Below, one piece after another: positions 37,453 to 49,000 of a stretch of DNA of 64,000 bases. The first letter of the stretch is position 1; each line of letters opens with the position of its first letter. A program made the position numbers and the translations under genes. The notes below the pieces were generated by a model. The model did no database searches. It saw nothing but the letters and a program-made list of their open reading frames with translations, and was not told where the DNA came from. The DNA is from Schizochytrium sp. TIO01 (lineage: Eukaryota; Protista; Bigyra: Labyrinthulomycetes). The stretch lies in the NCBI GenBank assembly GCA_004764695.1, contig SMSO01000004.1:1488001-1552000 (forward strand). Reading direction: 5' to 3'.

Positions 37453-40400
37453 ACTGAATGCCTGCTCAGGTAGGTACGAATTTCCAAGTTGAAGATTTGC
37501 ATTGAGCTCGTCAAGTCTGCGCGATTACAGCGGGCTGAGCGATGAGCCGCTCGCGCGTGCGTGCTCCACAAACGTGCACAGACAGCAGGGAAGACCGCGG
37601 TTTAGGGTCCGGAGAGCGGCGGGGGCCACGAAGCGAGCGAGAGCCTGCTTCGCGAGAGCCAACAACCCTAAGCCGTGGCAGACTTGAAGTCCGGGACGAT
37701 GGTGCCAAAACGTACAAGCTGAGCGCACAGCCCCCGAAGACATCACCGTCGCTGTGGACCTGATCGACTGTGCATCGACTTCTTGAGAGAACTTGAATGC
37801 GTATCCTGTGGATGGATAACTTGGCAGCACGCTTTTGTTTGAGGTTGGTTTGAAAGGATCGCTTTTTGCAAAAGTTTCTGGCCCTTGTTCTGTGTGTCTG
37901 TGCGTGTGTGCATGGTTTTCAACATGCTGCTTCGAGAGACCAAGGAAACCCGCGTGACTCAACTTGACGAAGTTGACTTTGACGAAGTTGGCTTTAACAA
38001 AGTTGACTTGCTTGATGTAGGCGGTTCGATGAACCGCTAGTTCCTGTGCAGGTACCGGGTTGGTGCACGAAGTTGTTGCGCCTTCAAAGGATAAATCCAC
38101 AGAGCGTCGCGATTGTCCGAGAAAGACTGTCACGCGCATACCATAGCTGGCGTTATGGGCACCACAGAAGAAGCCTTCAAAAAAGGCCATTATCCGAACC
38201 GACCTTGTTTTGCTTTGTTCTGCACTGCTTTGCCTTGATCTGATTTGGTGTCCTTAGATCTGCGCTGCTCTCAGATTTAGTTGTAAACTGCGACGGGAAC
38301 TCTTGACAGGAATTGTTTCGATAGTATTCGTAGATGCTTCTACGATGATGAAGACCTCAATAAAAAAGATGACTGGAGAGGGTTTGTAGTGTCAAATTTT
38401 CAGATTCAGTCTTTGAGGTTTTCTGTGTTGGTGGAGAACCTTTTCCATTTAATGGAGAGCCAAACTTCTGTGATGCCACGGTTCTGAGGTATACCATGGC
38501 GACTCTTGTCCTTATCAGCACAGCAAGCCTTTTCAAGGCAGGCACCAGGACCACGTTGTCTATAGTTTAAAACATGCTGCCTGGGACAATCAATGCCACA
38601 ACTTGCAAATTACAAAGTTCTCAAATTACTGCATTGCGACTCGGAACTTGACGTCCAGATCTTTGTCAAGAAGATCTCTAAACATCAGCACCCCCTCCCC
38701 CCTGTCAAGAAGCTCAATATCGAGAATTCGCTCACCTTGCATCGCACTGAAGGCGATCATTTGATGCGAGCCTCAACTTGGGACATTTGAAGTCTCTTGT
38801 CTCTCAAATGATTTCGCGCGAGCTCCAGCGAGAACTCGAGAAGATTGTTTCACTTCGAATTGCTGCTGTAGCAGCTCATACTGGCTCACGCTCTACCTGG
38901 GTACAAGTGTTCCTGAAGCAGTTCGTACTTTGTAAACTCGTACCTGCGGATCCTTTAATGAAGTAGCTAGCCACGAGAGTGGATCTTATTCATTCCCTCG
39001 CTTCGCCTTGAAGCCGCTCAAGAGTAGACTTTAGACAGGACTTCAAGAGCAACGTTGTAAAGAATTGAGCGCGAAGCAGCGTTTAAGGAGGCGCCAGCCA
39101 AAGTGATGATCGTCACAGTGACGAGCTGGAAAAGAGGAGGAGGTTTCGTAACCTACGCTGGCTCCGGATGGGACTAACAGTAGGAATAGGATCTCTTATC
39201 ACTTTTTATTTTTTAATTTTAAAACATAGTTAGGCTTGTTTCTTTGTATGTATAGGGTGGAGTCTTCTTGGGCAGGTTCTGAACAGTTAGTTGGTACTAG
39301 AACCCTGAAAATCTTCCTTTTTCCAAGTTTAAATAAATACTTATGGAACGAGTCCTCTAGCCTTTGTCATCTCTCTAATTACTTTTTGAGGCGGAAAACA
39401 AGTTCGAGACGAGTTTTATCACCGCGAGGGGTAATCATGTTTTATAATTGTTGTTCCCAGTTACATCCTGAAAAAGCAAGTTTGTCAACGATTATAAGCT
39501 CCCACCCACCAAAAAGGAGGGACTTTAATTAAAATGTTTCTTGCTAATGATCATTGGCAATCAAGAGCAGTTTTGTTGTATCAAACATGACTCTTTATTA
39601 TTATTATTTATTAGATGGTTGAAAGTACTGTGCAATTCCTAGTTTTGATGACTAACCTATATTTGAGGATTGCCAAATAGAGGTAGATAACTATCTTTAA
39701 TGGAAATCCTTCCTCTTTACCTTTTAATCTTTAGTTTCACTATCTATAATCGTTCTTATTACATTTCGAAGACTTTTTTAAAACCAAATATATGTGTTAA
39801 AAAATAATTTAAAAAAAAAAAAAAAGAGAGGAAATCGAAGAATGAATTGAAAAGGTTCTGTAGATACAAGACCTAGTGTTCTCGAAACATTAAAAAAAAA
39901 AAAAAAAAAACTAGCATAAGTAACTTTTCATCTCTTTTTAAAATTAAAAAAAAAAATGTTTTTGGAATGGATCAAAGGTTTTCATAAATGTCTTTCAAAT
40001 CACGAGTGAGAAGTGGAAGAAGAATGCATCTACTATTTATGATCTGAAGCATACTCATTTATCAGGTTGTTTCTTTTCTTCATCTCAAAGAATATTTCAA
40101 TGTCAAAAAAGTGAAGGATAATTATTTTTAGGATAACTATTTTTATAACATCACATGATATAGCCCTTCATAGGAGTGTACCTTCTTTAAATCGAAGCTG
40201 GACCATTTGATTTAATCATTTGAGTGTCATGAAACCTTTGTTCTTTTTGTTTTCGATTCGACGTTTTTTTGGTAGCGCTAGGTTCGACCTATAGTTTTCC
40301 CTTATCGAGCGGTTCGGATGACGCTCGCTTGCGTTAGCGCATCATCTGTGGCATTGATGCTGCTCAGAGACAGATAAATAGGCACACACGCACTGAGAAA

Positions 40401-43400
40401 GAGAGAGTCGGAGTCAGAAAGAGAGAGAGAGTCCTTTCATTTCGATAAAACTTTTTCAATTCTAGCTAGTACAAGTGCTCAGAGCATAGGCAGACTAAAA
40501 GGAGGTCCAGTTCTTCTGTCCCCACAAAGAAGAAGGACTTCTGAATGCTCTGAAGCCTCTCGGGAGGCACCCTCTTCCTGAGATTGAGCTTCCTTTGATT
40601 CCCCTACGATCCAACCAAAGAAAAAAAGAAAGTCGAAATTCCGAATCGCTAATTCGAATTTAAATAAGAAGTGACAAAATGCAGTCCTCATGATTTAAAC
40701 ATGCATTTCTGCCATGAAGACGGGGCCAATCTTGTGCCTGGGCGTGCGAACGTTTAGTGCTAAGAAACTGCAGTACGCATATGCGCCCTAATTTAATACG
40801 ACTCGAGTGAACTGTATTTATCCTGAAGACGCTGGAGGGTGTCGTGATTTAATTGTAGATCATAATGGCGTTTGCGTGCTGTCCGAGGGTTCACTGTCCG
40901 GCCCCAACGCCGTTCGATCGATGTATCTACTATCTTGAGACTGGATATCTTATTCTGTATTCATTTATTTTTAAAATAATAATAATGATTGTAGATCTTG
41001 AAAACGAGGATAATGAATGGGTACTATCATGGGATCGAGGAGTGACGGAGCGGGCCTGTGCTGCGAGAGAATGTATTCGCCGGGAGTCACTGTTTACATA
41101 CATCTCTGGGACTCTTGCCCCTCGTCGCCAAGTTTTTTAGAAAAAGATAAAGCAGAAGAATATGACCCCAATGTTCAACGTTCCCCAAGTTAACTCCTGC
41201 ACGTGAGCACTTTCATAGCTTCTCAACCAAAGACCTTCGCAGTGCCCAGGGTGAAAGGAAAGAAAACAGTTCGACGCCAATTGTGTTCCTGCAAGAGCAA
41301 AACAACATCAGAAGAGAACTGACTCCCAGAAATCAGGCAGCAGAATAACTATTCACAAGAAATCAGGCCAATCGAAGGCTGCGGCGCTCGAGCTTCTTGC
41401 TGCTTGCTTGCTTGCTTGCTCGCTTGCTTGCTTGTTTGTATCTTGTCCGCAGCTGCGGATACAGCGGCAAAAAACGCAGCTCATGCCGTATTACCCCCAG
41501 TTCCGGAGAGGGCTACAGAGTGCTATTGCCATATAGCGCGATGGGTCAAGGCTTTTTTTTCTGCGCAGAGCACTTATCTTATATGTAGTAGCTGCAGCTA
41601 TGCAGGTAGTAGCTACAGCTAGTTAGCTTTCGTTGGCACATGCGTGCGTGCTATTAGTCGAGCAACGGGACCTGGTTGGAGGAGGATGTTTGTATTCATG
41701 TTGAAACCAACGTCCGCGTTGCTCCTGGTCTTGAGGGCTCGTGGCTGGAGGAGGACTTTGAATAGGTGGAACCTAGGATCCGGTCTATCCTGTTTTTGTT
41801 TTGTTTTGTTTTATTTTGTTTTGTTTTGTTTCTTTTTTTTGTTTCTTTTTTTTATTTTTTGGCATAGTACCGAGGTGTAAAAATGATGAATTTAGGAAGG
41901 TGGCCAGTGCCATCTATCTTCTGCGTGTTCGAAGTAGAGATGAATCGCTCATGTGTCTGTCCACAGGTGCGTTCTTCTCGCAACAGCTGCGAGCATAAAT
42001 CAAGCCAGCTTCGAATAGCTCAGGGAGTTTTGAGGTGCTGTTTATATATACATATACATTTATGTATAAATGAAATATAGAGGCCTGGGTATATAAACAA
42101 AATGTTCTTTTGTTTCATATATAAATTAATAAAAACTTTAATTTAGTACAAAATTCAAAGCAAAAGAGGAGCGTGAAGGTCACATGCCGCAGTCTTGGGA
42201 GCCATGGCAGAAGGGTCGCTGTGCTATGTGGCAGGAGAAGCAAACATCCTTCTTAAGACCAAGCTTACGCACCTTGAATGTGAAGATTTACTCGATTGCT
42301 CTTTTCAATTGTTGAAGGTATCTCGCAGATGATTCGGTTTTTTTTGCGAAGTCCAGGTTGATTTGTGTGTAGACTCAAACAAACGCTTGTGCTTCAATCG
42401 CCACGTTCAATCAAGTGTCTCTTCTGCGCTGATTGAACCAGCATTCCCCGACTTTATGGCTCACTCCTGCCTGCACTTGATCTATTATATTATTATGTTC
42501 TTGTTTTTGCTTCTGCTTCGTTGTCTCACTCCAAAGAGCGCTTGGCTTGACCATCTTGTCTTTAAAATCGGAGAACGCCCCTTCCGCCAAAGCAACAGAG
42601 CCAGCAATGAAATGAAAGCCGCTGAGACATCCGCGAAGCCCGCCCAGAGTCGTTAAGAGCGGAGGTACCTTTCGCACTGCTGCGACCTGATTCACAGTGG
42701 GAAGGCTCTCTTAGCCATGTTATGCATGTTTTATAAAAAACAGCTTTACAGAATGTCTCGGGGAGAAAGCAGTTCGCTCATGCTTATTTATATCGACAGG
42801 TACCTCTAGAGATCTTTCGAGCAGACGAGTGAGTGAGCTCCTGCAGAGCTGACGATATTAGCCCGCTCGAAGGCCTCGCCGCTAGCTTGGATAGAAAAGC
42901 CGTGCATCACCAGAAGGTCGTAATGATCGCAGACAGCTGCGATCCCTTGAGCACACGCTCCCGTACACCTTCGGTACACCAGAATCGATGGACTGTAGCT
43001 AACTATCTATCTGTGTATGTGCTCCCAAGTCGACCCTCCCAGACGAAGATCCCCGACTCCCTCCTCGATGACTTGGAGCTTAGGCAGATTGTGGCAGAAC
43101 AAACATACCTTCAACCTGAAGATGGACCAACCGACGAAGGACCTCGAGCTGCTCGTTATAGTGCTGGAAAGGCCAAAGCAAGCAGACGAAGAGATAGATA
43201 ACGGAAACCTACCTGCAGATCGATCAACTCGATAAAGGACGAGGATCTTGGAGTGCGTTGGATGCGTTGGTTTGCTTTCTGGCTTGAGCGAGGCTGCTCC
43301 TGTCGGTTTGCTACCCCGCGGAGATCGCGAGGGGCTGGCCAATGAATAGTCAAGATCGTTAGGGCCTCGAGTTATTCTCGGGCTGATTGACGCTTCACGA

Positions 43401-44190
43401 GTGCATGTTTTTGTTTTGTTGCATTGATTTTGCTTTTTGTTTGTCTGCTTTTTTTGTTCCTACTTCGTCTTTCCTTTCTTCCCCAGCTTTTCAAAGGCTT
43501 AGCCAGCAGCAGTTAGTCAGCTAGGTAGTAGCAGTGTAGCAGGCAGCTTGTTTATTTGCTTTTCTTCAAGCTGGGCAAGGAATTTATAAAATACTGTACG
43601 AAATACAAAATCAGTTATGGAGCGGCTCCAAGATAGATTATCTAGATAGAGATGGATAAATACATACATAGATACATACATAGATACATACATAGATAGG
43701 TAGTAACTGGCCCGAACGACCAATCCAACTGTCGCATTTCCCGGACTGCGAGCGCGACTGCGATCTCGTCCACCGGGCCAATCAATATTAGCGGCAACCG
43801 TGGTCTACACATGGGCCTCGGAGCACGTATCTGACTGAGCAAATGAGATGTGTCAGGAGAAGATTTTACCTATGTCTTGAGAAGTGAGTGTCTGCAAATG
43901 CGCTCGTTTGCTTGCACGCTCGGCAAGCATTCTCGCTAGATGCTCATAATAAGTTAACTAGTTAGTTAGTTGGTTGAATCGGAATCCTTTTCTACTAGAA
44001 AATCAACGCTATTTTAGTCGTCACTCGCTTATCACATGATACAAGCAGAGAAGACCCTTCTCTCTGTGGATTTGCTAATTCTAACCTCCTTTCCTCTCTC
44101 AGATATGAACGGCTGGAATTGAAGTTCTTTCTGGGATGCTCTTTACCAATCGATTTCCAAGGTTGGGCCTGAACCAGGAGCTTAGTGGCC

Positions 44191-44283
44191 AATCAACCAA
44201 TCAACCAATCATTCAATGAATCAATCAGTAATCAACCAATCAACCAATCATTCAATGAATCAATCAGTAATCAATCAATCAAC
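44191..44283. repeat. 39-bp tandem duplication of an AATC-derived unit
   Basis: AATCAACCAATCAACCAATCATTCAATGAATCAATCAGT at 44191-44229 and 44230-44268. Confidence 0.9.
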
Positions 44284-46027
44284 AGGTGGTTGATACTGTG
44301 ATGAATAATGAATGAATGACTCGATTCTGGTTCGTGAGAGAGGAATTCCAACAAGGAAGGAACGAGGTACTCTTTCAAACGGAGCTTCCTTGGAAGTGCA
44401 GAAGTTTTATTCCAAGTAAAACAACGTTATCCTTTTTGAAGTATGGCGGATTAGGGCAAGTATAACCCGGAATAGGAATCGGCTGCCCATTCGACTTAAG
44501 TTCTGGAGACGTAATCTGCTGAGAAAAGAGTCCCTATTTAATGTCTGGCGCAAGGCATAAACTTTGGTTATCACGTTACCTCCTTCGAATGGCAAAAGGC
44601 TTCGCTAACGCGGCCTTGATTTTTCATTCCTTATCGAGGGTACATTCCAATTCGCTTATAGAATAGTCTACTCTTCAAGCTTTGTAGTTTGGTTAATTTA
44701 TTTAATTGCTTTAACTAAAGTTTTTTTTTTTTTTTTTAATAAATAATTAAATTATGGGTCTAATTAAAATAAAGTAAAATGTCATATAAACAGATTGATC
44801 ATAGAAATTTGCTTTTTCTTTTTTTCGATTGCCCTCTCATCACAGAGCCATCAGTACGACAAAACAACACACCCATTTATTTACTATGCGATAATAGCAA
44901 TCGCTTTTGTTTAATTCATCTGTCGAGCCACTCTGTATTACCTGTACACAGCAGCAAGCACTATTCGCATTGAAAGACACAGTCTTGAGAGGGTCGTGAA
45001 GAAACATGCCTCCTAGAAGGGTTATAGAAGTTTTAGTTTCTTTACAAGGGGCTACTGTGGGCTGTAGCGGCTTCTCCTGCTGGACGTATAAAGCAAACTA
45101 CGGCCACGCCAATGGATCGCACATTCTTACGACTGCTTGTACTTAGTGATGATTCATCCTTCGCATGGAGACTGGAGGTGAAAACCTTCATTAAAATAAA
45201 GAAATGAGGATTCCTTGAGGCTTTCTTATGCTTTTGGCTACAGCTGCAAAAGCTCCTCGGTGCTTGGTGTGTGTCTCCCGCATAGGAAGGAACATGAGGA
45301 TTCTATCTCCAAAGATGATTCAGCTGTAATTTTAACAGATCATAATTATTGTACTATAATGCTATTTTACACTTTTTCTCTTTTTCTCTTTTTCTCTTTT
45401 AATTAAACTTTCTATACTTAAAAACCTTTTCTTATGTTAGTCACCATATCATCATACGTAATCAGATCATCGATTCGAGTTAGTTTCTCGTCTCCTTTTT
45501 CTTTCAGCTTAAAATAAATAAATGAATGAATAATTTATCTATAGAGTTTTTTACATTCATAACGTGTTTTGCAAATACTTTGAACTAAAACTCTCTATGG
45601 ATAAAACCTTCGGGGGATAGACTGAGTAGAATAATAAATAGAAAAGAAAAACCCTCTTTCCGGACGACCCAAGCTACAACAAAACAGCCTATCCAGAAAA
45701 GCTTGGATACTTTCAAGTAAGTAGCTAGAAAGCCACCTACTGAAAGCATTTACTACAGGCATGCATATCTTGTGCGAACTTGTCTCATATCTGTGCACAC
45801 CCATACAAGCACACTCACAATCCTCTGTCCGAGCCCGTGAGTTGTAGTGACGCTGATGTAATGCCAAAATAGCTGAGAAGATCGTGGAGGCGGCCAACAT
45901 ACAGACAGTGCAAACCGCGAGGCCAAGCAGGCAGGTAGAACAGCCGGGCGCCAACCTGAAAGCAGCTTACCAATCATAGACCAACGATTTCCATGGCTCG
46001 ATTTGTCTCTTTGACTTTGTTGGGCGT

Positions 46028-46061
<34 letters not shown>

Positions 46062-49000
46062 GCAGAATGGTTGGAGGCTGGCTGGCTGGCAGGCAGGAAG
46101 ACTCGCTAGGGCCCTCATGAAATCAACGAAGGAATGGACCGAGGATGATCCAGGACACCTTGAGCCAGCAGCGACGATGAACGGCAAGGCATGACCCGAG
46201 CAGCCGCGCCGAGCCTTCCGTGGCGTCACAGGCGGCTCCTCTCCGCTGACGAATTGGACATGCTGGCGTCTTGCACGGAGCAACTCTTGGATATGGATCA
46301 ATGGATCAATGGATCTGTGTATCTATGGATCTATGGAGCTATGGACGGTGTGTACCGAGATCCAAGAAAAGGAGGGGCGACCGCTTGTCGGAGAATAGCT
46401 CTTGTAGCTGTGGGGAAAAAAGGACCAGGGCCTCCTCTCTGCGAAGGGCGGCGGCAGCAGTAGCAGCTGGCTATCCAGAAGTAGCAGGTCTCTCTGGCGG
46501 GAAGCTTCGAGGAGAGGATCTCCTCTCGTTCCGCTCTGTTTATGTGTTTATTTCTCTCTCTCTCTCTGTCGCTTCTCTATCTCTTGGTTACCGCAGTGAA
46601 GACGCCCACAGACCCACAGCTCGGCAGGCCGGTCTTTCAAGCCCGGCGCGGCGCCGCAAGGTTTGTTGGTTTGTTTGTTTGTTTGTTTGTTTGCCTTGCG
46701 TGGTAGTGATGAGGAGCCTCTTTGGCTTTGCTCTGGAAATGCGAGCTGTGGCGCGTGGGCTCTGGATGGACCAACCAACCAACCAACCAACCAACCATTC
46801 ATTCGTTCGTTCCTCACAACCGTTCGAGCGTCTTGGAAAATGCGCGCACGCGGAGCACCGAGAAACTCGAGAGGGCGATTGAGGCCGCTGCCCCACACCT
46901 TCCATACCGTGGAAGGTGACAGCGAATGTTTGACGCAGCGGCTGGCATCTTCTGCTGGTTCTCTGGCTTCTTTCTCTACCTCGCCGCCCTTGAAAGCTGT
47001 GGGCCCCGGCCTTGCAAGAGCCCGGGCACATCGCGAGAGGCGCACGACAGGCAGGACCAAAAGCGGCTGTTGGCATTTGCAAGACACAAATTGAAGGCCC
47101 GGTTGAACATCGTGATGTAGTTACGGCAAACATTAAACTGCTTGCTGATTTCTATAACTATCTCTCTCCAGCATTGCCATAGTCTCCAATTGCCCCAAAA
47201 GTGGTCTAGGTAACTAATTTCTTATTCGTCAGCGAGGGTTTTGCACTAATTAAACTACATTCTTCTGAGTTGCGGAAGATAGGATTGGAGGCTTACCGAA
47301 GGGAGCAAAGGTGGCTGGGTAATTATGCCGTGCTTCCGGAAGGCTTGCTTCGTTATGATGTGTCTCCTTTTCCTTTATTGTTTTACTTTTCCTGTTACCT
47401 TGATTTCTCTTCATGTGGAAAGAGTAATGGCGACGTCTAATTTGCAGATTTTACGGCATCGGGCGAAAGGTAAAGGCAGTAGTTCCCTTTCTATGAACTG
47501 TTGCAGCTTTAGAAATTACCTTCTAGGTTTAATCTCATTGTGGTACTTGGATTTCCCTCTCTATACTCATAGCCAAAGACATGAGTGAGCTCTTGAAAGA
47601 GCACAGAAAAAAAAATGATACGTGCTTACCTACAGGAAGTTGAAGGGAATTTAATGCTGATAAATCCTCCATGGCTTCAGAACCAGGGCATCATCGTTAA
47701 GGGGGGAACATTTATGCTTTCCACGCGTATCTTTTGGCTGCTCTCCCAATACAAACTACTTACTTTCTATTTATTTTGTGAAATCTGAAATCAGTGAGAT
47801 CCAAATTTCTATAGATCATGACTCGACAAATCAAATTGATCAGTTGATAACTAGTGCGCATTTGGACTACTCCCGAGGATTTATTCACACCGTCGAGCAA
47901 CCCAGTTGAAGGAAATTGTAGATCATCCTTTTTACTTGCCCACTGCCGCCTGAAAAGGTTGAGAATTTTGCGAGACCTCGCAGTGCTGCTTTCCCGAGCA
48001 CATTTTGATTGTAACTATTTTTTATTTTTAATCTAACAATCCGCACGTTGCTGACGTTATTATACATATTCTCTTGACGCTTTTTAATGGGGTCGACATA
48101 ACCTACATTTAAAGAGGTCAGCTTCTCGCTGCATAATACTACCTATACATGATTAACCTTTCAACATTTATGTGCGTGCGTCGCTTTTGCATACCCTCTA
48201 TCAAATCATATATCCCCTTACCTGAATTGGGATGTCATATGAGGATTATAACAGAGTCCATATTGCAATATTTTTGAGTGTTTGACACTAGCTAGAGTAG
48301 TACCTCTTGAAAGATTAATTAGTTCGCGACTTGAGCCATCCAATTAAAAGGATTTATACGCATAGTCCCTGACAGTAAACTTGCTGCCTGTCTGGTCTCT
48401 CCCAGTAAAGTCTTTGTTGCACCCTCTGTAGTGTTCATGTTCATGGCATATCTCAACACAGCCACTCAGAAATAATCATTCATAAAACCAATGCTGTTGC
48501 AGTGTATTGGGCAGCTTTTAATAATTCGATCCTGGATGCTGAGTAGGAAATAATAAAAAGCTGGCTATCGACCTTCCCATAAGAAGATGTCTTTAGTGTA
48601 AAAAGATCAATCAACTAGACCTATGAGTTATTAATATTAATCTCTATAGAATTGCACCCTGACGCGCTTCCTGAGGCAAGGTCGAGTCACCTTAGCTCTT
48701 TATAGGAACAACCATCTTTGTAACTTTCCCACTTTTTATTTTAATTAAGTCCTGTTATAAAAACGTTTGTAGGTACCGCCTAGTCAAGTGATCCCAAACC
48801 TTATCTTCGCTGATGCATCTAAGGCAAACGCTCAGGTTTATTACATGATTGTTCTGCCCGTGTACAAGTGTAGGTATCTCCTGCGGTTCTTTTATAGGTC
48901 TTCTCTTTTACAAATCACAAGGTGAATGAACGCCAGAAACTTGAGTAGAAAGTAGGTTCCCGGACATTGCTCGAACAACATCGCGGCCTCAGGAAATCTG

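Noticed and set aside
39810-39956. Three poly-A tracts as retroposon tails
   Set aside because: No target-site duplications or upstream SINE/LINE body recognised; they lie within an AT-rich island.
46271-47133. Overlapping 140-200 aa ORFs on both strands
   Set aside because: GC-rich sequence crossing (TTTG)n and (CCAA)n repeats; ORFs in many frames indicate stop-codon scarcity rather than coding.
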